A DNA stretch of 64,000 bases, from the NCBI RefSeq assembly GCF_041956535.1, contig NW_027192202.1, positions 781,142-845,141 on the forward strand, written 5' to 3'. This DNA comes from Calcarisporiella thermophila CBS 279.70. Lineage: Eukaryota > Fungi > Calcarisporiellomycota. Positions 1 to 16,876 of the stretch are shown here, piece by piece. A program made the translations under genes and the position numbers. Position 1 is the stretch's first letter; each line of letters begins with the position of its first letter. The notes under the pieces were generated by a model. That model saw only the letters and a program-made list of their open reading frames with translations. It made no database searches and had not been told where the DNA came from.

Positions 1-973
1 AGAGCTGCCACCCACGCAATAGTCCAACCACATCCAGAGCCATCAAACAGGGAAGTGCAACACCAATCTTGATGGGAATAAACGGTAGAAAGATGATATA
101 TACACTTGCTTCAGGATGCTGTACAGCGCACGCACTCAAACACCCGAACAATGCACCTGACGCGCCCAGCGAGGGAAGAACAAGTTGCCGTCTTCCGCTC
201 TGGGAAACGAGATGACTGACTAGGGAAGAAGTGGTCGCTCCGGTGAGATAGAAGGCAAGAAACTGTTCTCTTCCCAAAAAGTCATGCACCACGCCCCCAA
301 AAGACCAAAGGGCCATCATGTTGACGGCAAAATGCCACATTTCTCTGTGAGAGAAAGCTGATGTTAACATTGTCACGAGTCGGTTGGAACTCGGATGATG
401 GGTGAACCATCGCTGCATGAAGGGTTGTAGGCGGGGAACTTGCCAGGCGGCAAATACCAGAGTATTGATGGCAATCAACACGGCCAGAGTCTGATCTCTT
501 TCGCGCATCGAAATCCATTTTTCGCCTATGGAAAGCCATGCACTTTGAACAGCATCAGGCACACCCCATGACTTGAGTTTTGTCAGTTGGTGACGAAGTG
601 TCTCGCGTGCAAGCTGTGCGCGGTATCGGACCGCGTCTGCAACTGTTGGTTCCCAGGGGCGTGTCCACGAACGAAGTCGCTTATATATCGAGAGCCGATG
701 GTGTTCATGCCATAGAGCTGCAGTCCCAAATGCCACAGTCGCAACACCGACGGTAAATAGTATGGGTTTAGTCATGGTCTGGTTGGATCCACTACGAAAT
801 TGGCTACGCCAAGGCGGTCTAAGAATGGGCGGATTAGGTCGACTCCATGAGCGAGGGTGGCTACGGAATGGACGCAAAATCTGGAGTGTGGAGGACCCAT
901 ATTTGCTGTGTAAACCTGTGTGAATTGACGTGTGTTTCCAAGTTAAATTCGTACGCACAATGCTCATTAGCAT
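1..973 (-). CDS. PCP1: Mitochondrial rhomboid protease (PARL/Pcp1), 3' end runs off window
   Basis: Open minus frame from ATG 973 (MLMSIVRT...) containing SAFSHREMWHFAVNM and the catalytic PSLGASGALFG, with TM segments and a basic presequence-like N-terminus; not in the ORF track because the stop lies outside the window. Confidence 0.9.
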   Translation of the reverse strand, partial: MLMSIVRTNLTWKHTSIHTGLHSKYGSSTLQILRPFRSHPRSWSRPNPPILRPPWRSQFRSGSNQTMTKPILFTVGVATVAFGTAALWHEHHRLSIYKRLRSWTRPWEPTVADAVRYRAQLARETLRHQLTKLKSWGVPDAVQSAWLSIGEKWISMRERDQTLAVLIAINTLVFAAWQVPRLQPFMQRWFTHHPSSNRLVTMLTSAFSHREMWHFAVNMMALWSFGGVVHDFLGREQFLAFYLTGATTSSLVSHLVSQSGRRQLVLPSLGASGALFGCLSACAVQHPEASVYIIFLPFIPIKIGVALPCLMALDVVGLLRGWQL

Positions 974-1122
974 TCCGAATCGATCTGTATTGTTTGAGAG
1001 GCAAAGATTTGTAAATCGGTTCCTGGCTGTGACTTGAATTAAAATCAAGGAAGTCACGTAAGCCAGCTCTGAAAAAAAGGGGATGATATAGGTTATTAGA
1101 TAGAAGGGAGGAAGAAAGAAAA

Positions 1123-1797
1123 ATGACCCATATTCTCTTTGTATATATTCTTCTATTTGTTTTTATAATATGTCTGTTCATTTTTCGACTCTATCTCGTA
1201 ATTCCTCCCAATGTGCCATTTATTCCTCAAGAGTCATCCAATCCGAGATCTCGCAAAGGTACAATTAAAACGTGTATTTTTCTGGGATCAGGAGGTCATT
1301 CGGCTGAAATGCTTCAGCTGGTTTCGGGTCTCAACATGCAGCGGTACACCCCACGCATTTATGTTGTCTCCCAGGATGATCATCTCAGTGCTGCCAAGGC
1401 CCGCGAATTCGAACACTCACTCGGCTCGATGTATGGGCGTGATTATTTGATAAGGCACATTTTACGTGCAAGACAAGTAGGGCAGCCGTGGCTCACGACA
1501 CCTTGGAGTGTATTGCAATGCATGCTATCAGCAGTACGGATTGTTCTTGGAGATAGGCCGGATGTACTAATTTGCAATGGGCCAGGGAGCTGTGTGCCAT
1601 TGTGTGTTCTCGCGTATATCCCAAGAATATTCGGCCTGGCCTATACCCGACTCTTGTATGTAGAGTCATTTGCGCGAACCCACTCGCTCTCGCTCTCGGG
1701 GAGATTGTTAATACGGTTTGTGGATCGGTTCATTGTACAGTGGCCAAGTCTTGCCCTCAAATATCGGCGTGCTGAAAACGCCGGAATTCTTGTGTAG
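1123..1797 (+). CDS. ALG14: UDP-GlcNAc transferase subunit Alg14
   Basis: N-terminal TM; LGSGGHSAEM, NGPGSCVP, YVESFAR, SLSG motifs. Confidence 0.95.
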   Translation: MTHILFVYILLFVFIICLFIFRLYLVIPPNVPFIPQESSNPRSRKGTIKTCIFLGSGGHSAEMLQLVSGLNMQRYTPRIYVVSQDDHLSAAKAREFEHSLGSMYGRDYLIRHILRARQVGQPWLTTPWSVLQCMLSAVRIVLGDRPDVLICNGPGSCVPLCVLAYIPRIFGLAYTRLLYVESFARTHSLSLSGRLLIRFVDRFIVQWPSLALKYRRAENAGILV

Positions 1798-1928
1798 AAA
1801 GACTTCCATGTGTATCAATGTTTTATTAAACAGCGAATCCAAAGTATTTGTAAATAATCCTTCAAGTCACAAGTAATTGATGAGAGCAATTATATAAGAA
1901 CGAAAACAAGGTCTCACGGGAATGCAGC

Positions 1929-3074
1929 TTAATCTTTCTCGGAAAGCCTCTGAAGGTGCTCATCGATTTCAGTCTCTGATAGCGTCCGGAATTTAGGATT
2001 ATCTTCGGTTACTAATCCAATCTCGATCTCATTTGCCTTGAAATCGGCCGAAAGCACACTCGAGAGGGTTGTGATGGCCAACTACCCATTAAAAACATCA
2101 CTCGAAGATATAAGCATCGCAACTCCATAAATAAAATGAAAAATAAAATCTCTGTACCTCAATTGTATCGTCCAGATTTAGCTGTGGATCCTTCTTCAGC
2201 TTCTTCTCAAGATAGTTGAGTGCCTCTTGTTGCTTTGCGCCAGCGGCGGTCGCCCTGTAAGCAACGAAGTAACCGGCAGGATCACATTTGTACAGTTGTG
2301 GGCCGCGTTCGTCATCAAACCCGATCAGGGTCATGGCTAAGGAAATAAACTTGGCGTGTTAATAAACGGCAAGAGAATATGAAAGGTGTATTTTTGATAT
2401 TCTTTGGGAGCACTTACACACGCCAAGCGGTCTCATAGCAGCGTGTTGCGTGTACACTTGGTTGATATTAGCTATGCGGCGGGCGAGCATGTCTGTTGGG
2501 ATTTCATAGCCAAATTTGTAGCGGAATTCAGCTGCCTCTTGGCGAGCACGCGTTACTTGTGAGCGCGCATCAGCTTAAATAACAAAAGGGTGCACAAAAA
2601 GTCAGCTCTATGCCCGTCTTGTTAAAAAATAGAAAAACAAAAGTATATTCACCGATCATTCCTGTCATTACACACCCAATCTTCGGTGTTAGTTGGAAAA
2701 TATGGGTGATGGTGGATGGATCCAACAGCTTATCCTGGGAAAAAAAATTATTACATGCAGCATATACATTTGCTGTTCAAACGTTTTAAAGTCGCAAAGT
2801 GATACCAACCGGAACTTTCCTCTGAGTTATGATGACAACACTGTCCTTTCCACGAACACCAACCGAAGTTATGCCTGCGTTGGAAATTGCCTTGAAAGCA
2901 TACTCTAGAAGAGTTTGTTTACGAGAGACATGGCATTAATGATGATTTCGGGGGGCCGAGAGCTCTTGAATATATTCGGATAGAGAACAATCACTCACCA
3001 ACTTGATAAAGCCGCCCCTCAGGCGAAAAGATAGTGATGTGACGATCGTAACCAGCACTAGTACCCCTGCTCAT
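1929..3074 (-). CDS. SCL1: 20S proteasome subunit alpha 1 (PSMA6), multi-exon
   Basis: [25 protein letters not shown]; [12 protein letters not shown]; ends LSEKD*. Confidence 0.93.
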
Positions 3075-3255
3075 TTTTTAAAAGCGAATCAATGCAGTGA
3101 ATTTTTTTTTGCCGCCGACGATGCTCTTTTGAATAAAAGATATACGCGTTCAATTGAAGGCTGACGCAACTCACGGCGCAGCCACCTGTGACTTGCTCGT
3201 AAACAATTTTTCCTCGGTGCAATTTCCTCAGCACTTCATCATAAAATAATACATA

Positions 3256-3940
3256 ATGTCACAGGCCATCGGCAAGGTAGGTCATGAGTGAATGAGTTAC
3301 TTCAAATAATCAAATACCATCAACTACATTTTTGGGCCGCTCATTTAGACGGCGCTTGCATACGCACGGGTATGGCATCTAGTCGATGCGAAGAACCGTG
3401 TGCTTGGTCGGATGTCTACAAATATTGCTACTACTTTAATGGGAAAACACAAGCCGATCTACGATCCCTCCTGTAAATATATTCATCGCCTATAGAAAGA
3501 CCTCGAATTGTAAACTAATGCGTTTCTATCTGACAGCCGACTGCGGTGACTACGTTGTTGTGATCAATGCCAAAGATGTGCTAGTGACAGGCCGTAAAGC
3601 TGAACAGAAGCTCTATCGCCATCACACTGGACACCCGGGTGGACTAAAGGAAATTCCATACAGCCGCATGATGGAAAGAGAACCTGAGCAGGTGGGTTAA
3701 AGTGTCATTTGTTTTCTTAGAGCGCATTTTTAAGTGTGCTCCATTGCGATTCTTTTACAGATTATTCGAAAGGCAGTGTCAGGCATGTTGCCTAAAAACA
3801 GACTGCGGGATGTTCGGTTGAAACGACTATTTGTTTTCCCCGACGACAAGCATCCTTATGAGCAGAACATTATCAAAAGATACGACGAATTTCAAGAGTT
3901 AGAGTCAACCAAGAGTGAAAACCAAACGAACACCGCTTGA
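3256..3940 (+). CDS. MRPL23: Mitochondrial ribosomal protein uL13m, multi-exon
   Basis: [59 protein letters not shown]. Confidence 0.92.
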
Positions 3941-4182
3941 GTACACCTCACTTAACCTTCTCGATATCTTACTGTATTATACGTCGAAATAAAACAAGAT
4001 AGATTTTGTTGAAGCTTTTTTAGCCTTTTTTATATGCAACCTAGCCCAAGCTGTCTATTGAGTGCGGATTTAGCATTTGAAATTAAGAGGTCTAAAACCA
4101 AATGCTAGTTTTTGTGACTGGCTCGCGTTTCCAAAGTAAAAAAAATCGCTTTCCAGGATCTTCGCGTCATTAAGATAGAGAA

Positions 4183-4852
4183 ATGACATCTTATTACTTT
4201 GCGATTGTAGGCACAAGCGACAACCCCCTATATGAGACCGAGTTTGGAACATCAATTAAAAGTGCAAAGGATGGAGCAACAAAGGTTCACACATATTTAC
4301 TTCTTCTCTCAGCTTGAATTAATTTTCATACTAATGTATTCAACAGAAAGATGAGAGCCGCCACCTCAATCAATTCATCGTACACTCATCGCTGGATATA
4401 GTCGAGGAGCTTCAGTGGAATTTAAATACCACGTAAGTGGAATAGTAACTTTTCCGCATTTTATGGAAATTAAATCCTTTTTCAGACATCTTAAAACTGT
4501 AGATAAATTTAACGATTATCTTATATCTGCATTCATCACACCTGGAGGTTAGAATAGATCTATTTAGTGCCATGTAAGTATCTCTTAACATGTGTATTAT
4601 TATAGGTATAAAATTTGTATTATTACACGATTCAAAAAGTGATGATGGTATTCGGAGCTTCTTTAATGATTGTTTTGAGCTCTACATCAAGGTAGTTGAA
4701 CATAGAATCTCATCCAAGTTTCCGCGCTAACTATGATTTATCCTTCTCATTGCTAGACACTGATGAATCCCTTCTACGAAGTCAATTCCCCCATTACATC
4801 TCCGATTTTCGACTCTAAAGTTCGGCAACTAGCAAAACGATACCTTGGATAA
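4183..4852 (+). CDS. TRS20: TRAPP subunit Trs20/sedlin, 5 exons
   Basis: [66 protein letters not shown]; missed by ORF track. Confidence 0.9.
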
Positions 4853-4973
4853 TCTCTTTGCTTAAGCTTGTTCTCTTTTAATATAAAGCTGTAGTTTAAG
4901 TCTCCAGAACCAGCAAAGCCTCCCATTAGGGTTTCTTAAGTAAATACATCCATTATTAAATATGAGTTAAGTT

Positions 4974-6011
4974 TCAGTACAAAGCAAGGCGCGAGGATAT
5001 ATTGGATTGATTGAGGAAGTGGGGAAGAAACTTGTATAAATCGCCAACAATCTCAGGAACCTCAAAAACAGTTCGTTCTTTCTTGTCTTTATGGCTCGCA
5101 TCGATCACCAGAAGCTCTAACCGGTCCAGTTTTAAGGCTCCTAGAGAAATAAGATGTGTCATCCCCAAAAAAGCCAATGAGAAAAATTGCCAACTGGGAA
5201 GAAGGGTGTATATTTACCGGCGTCTTCGGTCAATTTTAATACTCTGTTGGGGGTTCCCACTGCAATATTGAGGTGCTCCTTCGAGAGTAATGTGACCTGC
5301 TCTTCCACTTTAATGTGTTTTGCAAAGAGTTTGGCAATACGCGCTGTCTTACGGAATTCATCGAGGGCACGGATGATCTCTGTGCATCGTATTGCGCTTT
5401 CTGCAAGCACGAGAACAAGTGGCCGCCCAACGGCATCATCCCCGGTGGGTTTTTTGAAAAGTTTTTTCTTATAGCTCATAACACCTAGTTGAGAAATTCA
5501 GAAAAAAATTAGAATGGTTGCTGAACATTGCATTTATATAATATATGTACCAAATTTAATAAAGGAGGCATAATGCTCAAGTGTATGAGGTGACGAGAAT
5601 CTGGCCGTGTCAAGCAATCGCTCTTCGGGTAATCTTTGCTCAGACAATTCCAATGAAGACAGATGTGGGAGTGTTTTTTCTTGTATTTTGTGGAGATATG
5701 CGAGTTGATCTTGTTTGCTTCGCTCAACCACGGGTGTCTCGATCTCTTCGGTTTTTTGCTACAAGAAGACTCGAGTCAGTTGCGGCCGGTAGTAAATGGC
5801 TCGAAAAATAACGAACCTTTTTAGTTTTCTTTTGTTTTTGTTCTTTTTTTCTCTTCTTAGATTCCTCTTTAGGCATTTCCTTGTCTTCTGCATTGGTATC
5901 TTCACCATTCTCCGCAATAGCATCGTCAACTACAATTTCTGCCGAAGGAGGCGCTTCGTCGACCACTTGCTTGTCCAGGTAAAAATCGTCATCAAGGGCA
6001 TCTGCTGACAT
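4974..6011 (-). CDS. CMS1: Cms1/CMSS1 helicase-like 90S pre-ribosome factor, multi-exon
   Basis: ADALDDDF N-terminus; SAIRC, KLFAKHIKVEEQ, IAVGTPNR, DKKERTVFE motifs. Confidence 0.88.
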
Positions 6012-6210
6012 GGTTGGAAGAAAATAACGTATTTCTTATATTGTTAAAGAATAATGTCAATCCAATCTATATTAAACCTTTAGATATGTTTATGTGTGAC
6101 TTGATTTGAGAAAGCGTGACTGCTTTATTCTTGATTATTTTTAGGTAATTACAAGTTCTAACAAATTATTTAGACTCAAAGATCATAGTAATCACTACAA
6201 AGCGCAAATG

Positions 6211-9200
6211 TTACGATCTCCGGGATGAAGATAAAGACGGCCTTCTTCTATCTGAGTCTGCACGATGGCGCTTATCTTGGTCCCGTTCTCGGTCCCGTTC
6301 CCTATCTCTTTCTCGTTCCTTCTCCCTCTCGCGGTCTCTGTCCCTCTCTCGTTCCCTCTCCCGATCTTTGTCCCGCTCTCTATCCGGATCTCTATCCCTG
6401 TCTCTATCCCTCTCTCTATCTTTTTCTCTATCCCTGTCTTTACCCCGCTCCCTATCTCGCTCCTTCTCCCTCTCGCGGTCTCTATCCCTCTCTCGTTCCC
6501 TCTCTCGCTCCCTCTCCCGATCTTTGTCCCGCTCTCTATCCGGCTCTCTATTCGGCTCTCTATTCCTGTCTCTATCTCGCTCCCTATCCCGCTCCCTATC
6601 TCGATTTCTGTCCCGCTCTCTATCCCGTTCTCGGTCCCGTTCTCGGTCTCGTTCTCTCTCTCGTATTCTGTCCCGTTCTCGGTCCCGCTCTCTGTCCCGC
6701 TCTCTTTCTCGATCCCTATCTCTGTCCTTTTCTCTCTCCCTATCCCTCTGGTTTAAACGATCTCTATCCCGGGATCGATCGGAATGTCTCTCATCTCTCT
6801 CCCTGCTCCGTCGACGCCTCGAACCACTTCTAGACCGAGAACGTGACCTGTGGCGGTGACGAGACGATCTGCTTGGTGAACGCGAATCGCGCCTATCATT
6901 CCTGCGATTATTCCGATATTGAGAAGCGGAGCTTGGGGATCGGTCATTGTGCCGTGGCCGATCATCCCTGGGAGATTCAGAGCGGCGACCGCGAGAGCTA
7001 TATTTAGGACGAGGTGGCGTGCTTGGACCATCCCGGTAGCGATGCTCACCGCGATCTCGCGGGCTGCGTGGGCTGCGCGAGCCGCGGGGTCCCTTGGGCA
7101 ATTCATGGAGCATTGGGCCAAGTCTATCCGCAATGGAGGGCCTTGAGGGCAGAGATTCCTCGTGCAATTGTTTAGGTCGTCCATTCACATGGCCATGCTC
7201 CTGATCATGTTCGTGGTCGCGGTTTTGGAACTGAGCACCCTCCGAGTCTTCGTGCACTTCTGCTTCTCCCGCTAGCTGCTTAACCACGCTGTCATCTTCC
7301 TCGGCACCATCGGCTCTCGCACCCCTACCCATACCTGCATTATTTTGGATGAACCCGCCTCTCCCCCTGAGATTGACCCCACGACCCCTTCCCCGAAATC
7401 CTCCCCGGCCACCCCTAAATCCTCCGCCAGGGGCCATATTGGGATCAAATGGTGGAAATGGCATCATAGGCTCTCCGCCGGCAGGATTCATCATAGGTCC
7501 TTGGCCGTCTTCACCCCCGAAAGGAGGCATCCCTGGGAGCGGTGGCATAAAGCCCATTTGCCCACCTGCAGCATACGGATTGAAATCAGGCGGTAAAAAG
7601 GAAGGATCGAAGAATCCCGGGCCCTCTCCACCAGGGCCACCCCCATTCATGTTTCCATTAAACATGCCATCCTGGGGCCCCATCATCATAAACTCTGGAG
7701 GCGGCATTGGTCCTCCGGGAGGGAACCATTCCCACGGCCGACCCTCAGGACCTCCACCTGGCATTCCAAAACCTCCACCACCGACTCCAGGACCGCCGGG
7801 GCCCATGCCACCAGGGGGAAATGGCGGCATGTTCCCAAAAGGAATGGGCGGTCGCATATTTGGAAGTTGAACGGGATTGTTCTGCATCACTGGCATTTGT
7901 TGGGGCCTTTTACGGAGGCGGGACTCTTCAGCCGAAGATTCATAAACCGCGATGTGTTGAGTTGTCTAGTTCATATGAAAGGATTTAGAGCAAATTCAAT
8001 AAAAAAACATTAATTATATTTTCTTTGGATATTCCGTACCTCTTCTCCTGGCTGACTTGGCTTCACGTCCTGCATGTGAGCCATAGAAGTTCTTGAAGAC
8101 TGGGGTAGTGATATTTGACCAGGGGTATTTGCGTTGGCTCTTTCCTCCTCATCGCCAGGCTGTCGTTGTTTCGAAACCCATACGCGGATAAAGTCTTCAA
8201 CTCGTTCTCGTAACTCATGGTCAGGAAGCAAGTGATCAGGCACCACGTTCGAGGTCTTACAGCTGGGACATACAAATTGTTTTGAAGGATCGGGGTTGTT
8301 GACTAGAGTGTCTCGAATACCTGAATGGAATTTCAAATTTCACATTGATCAGCCTGCTCAAGCATTCAACCCCATCCAATTTCCTACTCACATTCATCGC
8401 AAAAACTGTCTCCACAACAGGGGACTCGCACCGCCTCCCTAATGAGCTTATTACAGATGCCACATTGCAACTCTGCTGGAGCAGGTGCGTTCTCATAGAC
8501 ATCCCCCGACGTGATACCGACTCTCTGGCGATTATGTATTTGTTCCCACGCAGCACTGCAAGAAGAGAAAAATGAAAAGAAAAGTTACCAACATCTGCAG
8601 ACCAAGGTGCTGAAGGTTGAAGATAAACTCTATTGTGATATAGACGCTCACTAAGGCTAGAGCCATACATAAGGCCAAAAGGCCCAGTCCTCCACATAGC
8701 AAATACAGACAAAACAAAAGAAAATACAGAATATATAAGAGAGAATACAAACTCATTAGCTTTCGCAATCACCAAACTTCCATCGCTCGTCACCATCACA
8801 CTCCCACCCTTGCCCGAGGGAACCTGATCCACCTTTTGAAGAAATGACGACGGAATACCCGTAGTTCGCTTGACACGCACATTGTCGAAGGCAGGGTCGC
8901 CATTAGTTGGGCACTGAGATATCCAATGACCTGCCATATAGAATGAAGCGAGTTAAGGATCTATCAGGATAGACCTATAGAGCGAATTAAGTATACCCCA
9001 CCTTTAATACCGCATCGATAACACACATAGTGTGGAGGAGGTGGTCTCATAGGAACATTTTGTTGCATTGGTTGGTTATCTCGTCTTGCCTGCTGTGTGG
9101 GGGGACGGAAACGAACATATTGCTGGCTGCATATGGACATTCCTCAGATTAATCCCAACCAATAGAATAGTATAAACTCGAAGAAACTTACTGAGCCATC

Positions 9201-9776
9201 TGCTCCTGCTGCTTATTCCAATAATCGGAGGTCTGTTGAAACATGGCTTGGATTCGATCTTCCTCCGATTGATTAGGATCCCCGTTTGTGGGCATGGCTA
9301 CCTCTTGAGGAGGTAAGACGGATTTTTGTAGGGGGCTAGAAGGCTGAACTTGTTGCTGTTGAATATACAAAAAAATGGAAAAAAAAAACAATAAATAATC
9401 GGCGATGTAGTAAGATTTATCAAATATCAAAGCCCAATCTAGATACCTTTCGAACTAAAGAGCCAGCATCGGGTGCAATCACCACCCCTCGCGACACTGG
9501 TCCAACCCCATTTAAATAATGCTGTATGGTCCCCTTACCCGGCTTGGTTGGCACACGTGATACTACCACCGATGTGTTTTTCGGAATCTGTGCAGCGTCC
9601 TCCTCATATTCCTCACCACTCTGCGCGTTGCAGATCTTCAAGTCAAATCCATCTCCTTTTAGTTTGCTTGCAAGAATTATCTCTCTTTTTACATCAAACA
9701 CCGAGAGGGAAGTTCCATCAAATGTAATTGATTCATAATCTTTAGATGATTTAAACTTAAAGTAGATCTTGGACAT
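6211..9776 (-). CDS. MPE1: Mpe1/RBBP6 cleavage-polyadenylation factor (DWNN, Zn knuckle, RING, Pro/Gly-rich, RGG, RS and RD tail), multi-exon
   Basis: IYFKFKSSK DWNN domain, CYRCGIKGHWISQCPTN knuckle, VKRTTGIP, RING-like Cys pattern. Confidence 0.9.
6270..6790 (-). repeat. Coding RD/RE dipeptide low-complexity repeat in the Mpe1 tail
   Basis: Hexamer-like repeats (GACCGAGA/GATAGAGAG); explains spurious ORFs in several frames. Confidence 0.9.
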
Positions 9777-9929
9777 AATCTCCTAGTGTTTGTGAGAGAA
9801 AATGTGAAGTCCACTGCCTCATTTTTTAGAATCGAAAGATTATCTAAGCCACCCACTATTTTCATTTAGGAAGCGACAGCTTAAAATGAGTGTCATACTT
9901 AATAAGTGAATGTCATAATAATAGAGCCA

Positions 9930-14159
<4,230 letters not shown>

Positions 14160-14376
14160 AATGCAAATACAAATCTCGAATTAGACTTTTATTGTTTTTG
14201 TTTAAACTTCCCGAGCAGAGTTCTTTCTTTTTTCCTCCTCGTTTACGACGTGAAACGAGCAGGTTTTAAGCTTTCGCGTTCTTCTAGAATCGCTCCAGGA
14301 GGGGAACTCATCCCCAACCAGCAAGAGAAACAAGGAGAACCAAAAATAAACTTGAAATCTATTTATTCAGAGTTGT

Positions 14377-15324
14377 TCACCAGTTATAGAATGGTTTCGG
14401 GTTGATGATCGGTTTATTCTCCGGTAATGGCAGCACGGCCCGCTTCGTCTCCTTCCAGCCGCGAATATTTCTTCGGGCGGCGCGGCCCCCATCTTGCTGT
14501 TTGGGCATCTCCTTCAGGATAAACGCGACATGGGACGTGGGATGGTGCATAATCCCGTGGCGCCCCCGACCGTGGGGCATGACTCGCTTTAGGTACCGGC
14601 CTTTACCAACCCACGCTTGGGCTGAGCAGAGAGACGAGAGGTAGAAAGGAATAAGGAGCATCATTAGCATCAGGAAAGATGCGACTCTGAGGGTATGAAA
14701 AAGTCCGCCCAATCCTTGGCGAAACACTTACCGACGACCATATTCTCGGGGTTGAACCCTAGCTGCTTCTGTGCATTTGTGCGCGCAAACGCCAGGTTAT
14801 GCAGGATCTTTTTCGCATGTCGCTTCGCCGAAAACTCCATCTGCATGATGGCTTTGTTCACTGGCTTGCCTGCGATTTGCCGCGCTAGCATAGCCATTTT
14901 GCGTGGGGATGATTTGAAGTTGGAAGAACGGAACCAATACTATGTATCAGGAAATATGAAGGGAGAGGGTAAATAAAATCATGGGTATCGAGGGCATGGT
15001 GAAGGATTATCCAAGAATCGCGGGCTACCTCTGTGGTTGCAAGTTGTGACGATGTAACAGCCGATGTGTGATCCACAACTTTAGCTTCCGAGGTAGTGGC
15101 AACATCAAAGAGAGGAGATGCACCGAGCTCAGGTCGTGTAAGGGGTGGCACACGGCTCTTTTCTGCTGAGCATGGCCGGGAGGTGTGAAGTTGGCGAGAG
15201 ATTCCCGCAGCTATCCGGCCTACTTAGATCAGGAATTGAATAAACAAGAACAGCTTCGCTGGACTGTCATGGTCAAGAGATTACCTCGGAGACTTGTGTG
15301 TAGTTGTCTGAAGAGGGAGGCCAT
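14377..15324 (-). CDS. MRPL22: Mitochondrial ribosomal protein uL22m, multi-exon
   Basis: SPRKMAMLARQI, QAWVGKGRYLKR..HGRGR; presequence MASLFRQLHTS. Confidence 0.88.
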
Positions 15325-15410
15325 GGCCTTTAGATCACGATGCAATTTAGGCTAACTGCAGTGGTATCCTCTAAAAAAAAAAAATAAGCGGAGGCTTATC
15401 GAAAACAATA

Positions 15411-15418
15411 TGTGACTG
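15411..15418. promoter_or_regulatory. Homol-D-like box TGTGACTG in the uL22m/uL16m bidirectional promoter
   Basis: Exact match to the S. pombe Homol-D core element, roughly central between the two ATGs. Confidence 0.6.
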
Positions 15419-15488
15419 CATAAATTTATTTTCAAAAGACAAACTGCTGTTTCGATAGATCCAGTCATCCAAGTAGAAGTTTAGAAGG

Positions 15489-16133
15489 ATGCTGCGCACA
15501 TTTCAGTCGTTGACCGCAGCATTACGGCCCTCTCTCGCACGGCAGTCTGCGTATGCTCCGTCCTCTTTGTTTGCATCGAGCATACTACCTCATTCGCTCA
15601 CGCCTATGCGCACTTGGACTCAGCTCGCGCCTCGACGCATCCGCAACCGAAAAGCGCACAAGGGCCGTGTCCCAGTCCCAACTGGGGGTTCCCAGAAGGG
15701 AACCACGATTGTGTTTGGCGAGTACGGGCTGCGTGTCAAGGATGGCGTCCGCCTTACCGCCAAGCAACTCCAGTCGGCATTCACGGCTATTCGGCGCAAG
15801 ATCAAGCCCGTCAAGGGCTCGCAAGCATGGCTCCGAGTGTTCCCGGATATTCCCGTGACATCCAAAGGGAATGAGGTGCGTATGGGCAAGGGAAAGGGCA
15901 CCTTTGAGTACTGGGCATGCCGAGTCCCGATTAACAGGATAGTGATCGAGGTGGGTGGGTTGAGAAAGGAGATTGCCAAGGAAGCTTTACGGCTGGGTAG
16001 CGACCGACTCCCTGTGAAGACTGAGTTTGTAGAGAAGGGGGCGCCTGCTCTACCTCTACTCCCCAAAGGATTCGTTAAGCCAAACGCTCCCAAAACAGTC
16101 CCCTCTTCCTCCTCCTCCTCCGCTGTTGCATAG
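15489..16133 (+). CDS. MRPL16: Mitochondrial ribosomal protein uL16m, intronless
   Basis: [28 protein letters not shown]. Confidence 0.95.
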   Translation: MLRTFQSLTAALRPSLARQSAYAPSSLFASSILPHSLTPMRTWTQLAPRRIRNRKAHKGRVPVPTGGSQKGTTIVFGEYGLRVKDGVRLTAKQLQSAFTAIRRKIKPVKGSQAWLRVFPDIPVTSKGNEVRMGKGKGTFEYWACRVPINRIVIEVGGLRKEIAKEALRLGSDRLPVKTEFVEKGAPALPLLPKGFVKPNAPKTVPSSSSSSAVA

Positions 16134-16483
16134 AGTTTTCTGTGTCCCTCCCGTCAAAGCTTTTTTTTATAAATATAGTGTTGTCTTGTGAATATCTCTA
16201 AAAATAACGGTGCCTTTATCTTCTCGACTAAACGAAAGATTTAACATTTTTTTGGAGAGGGGCCGGACAAGGTGCCTGAAACTTCAGCTTTTTACACGCT
16301 CGAATTATAAATAATAATAATGAGAAAGATATGGAGGGAGAGGAAGGGTATATAAGCTCTATAGATGAAATAATACAACAACTACGTAGAAATGCTCTAA
16401 AATAAATAGAAAGCGCTTTTTTTTTGCGTGCATTGTGCACAATGTTGATTGCATTTGAAATTCAAATTGGTATCCGAGTGCCA

Positions 16484-16684
16484 TTAGAAGGGGCATGCGA
16501 CATGGGCAGTGTGTTTGCGACCGCATCTACCATGGTGGGCAATGGAAATAGCGAGAGAATGGGTAAGTGGGACAGGTTCTATCGGGAAAAGAAGGAATGA
16601 GCGAATTACTCACCGAGGACACACCGGGGGCTCAGGGCACACATCAGAGAGAAGAGGAGTGTCGCGGTGAAGTGTGGTGCACAT
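16484..16684 (-). CDS. Putative 37-aa Cys/His microprotein, 2 exons (16684-16614, 16526-16484)
   Basis: ATCATG start, GTGAGT donor, 87-nt intron, product MCTTLHRDTPLLSDVCPEPPVCPRCGRKHTAHVACPF*, upstream TATA box. Confidence 0.55.
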
Positions 16685-16876
16685 GATGCTAGCGTAGCGT
16701 TTATCGGGGTAAGGCAATGAGTTGAGAAAGCGGGGGGCCCAATAAACGAAATTCAACCCACGACGCGAGGGAAGGATCTAAGAAAAACTAAGGGGGGGGG
16801 GAAGGGTTTTGGGGCGAGGTTAGGGGACGGTTTGTAAAACGGTGACGGAGGGCGGCCGGGGAAGTAAGGGCACGAG

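Noticed and set aside
6225-6859. Three long plus-strand ORFs (SLSR/LYP repeats)
   Set aside because: Antisense shadows of the RD/RE repeat in MPE1
8555-8752. Longer MPE1 intron as snoRNA host or poison exon
   Set aside because: No C/D boxes or clear H/ACA fold; the implied downstream intron would be only about 33 nt
9420-9776. DWNN-only ORF resembling the short RBBP6 isoform
   Set aside because: Simply exon 1 read into intron 1; no convincing intronic poly(A) signal
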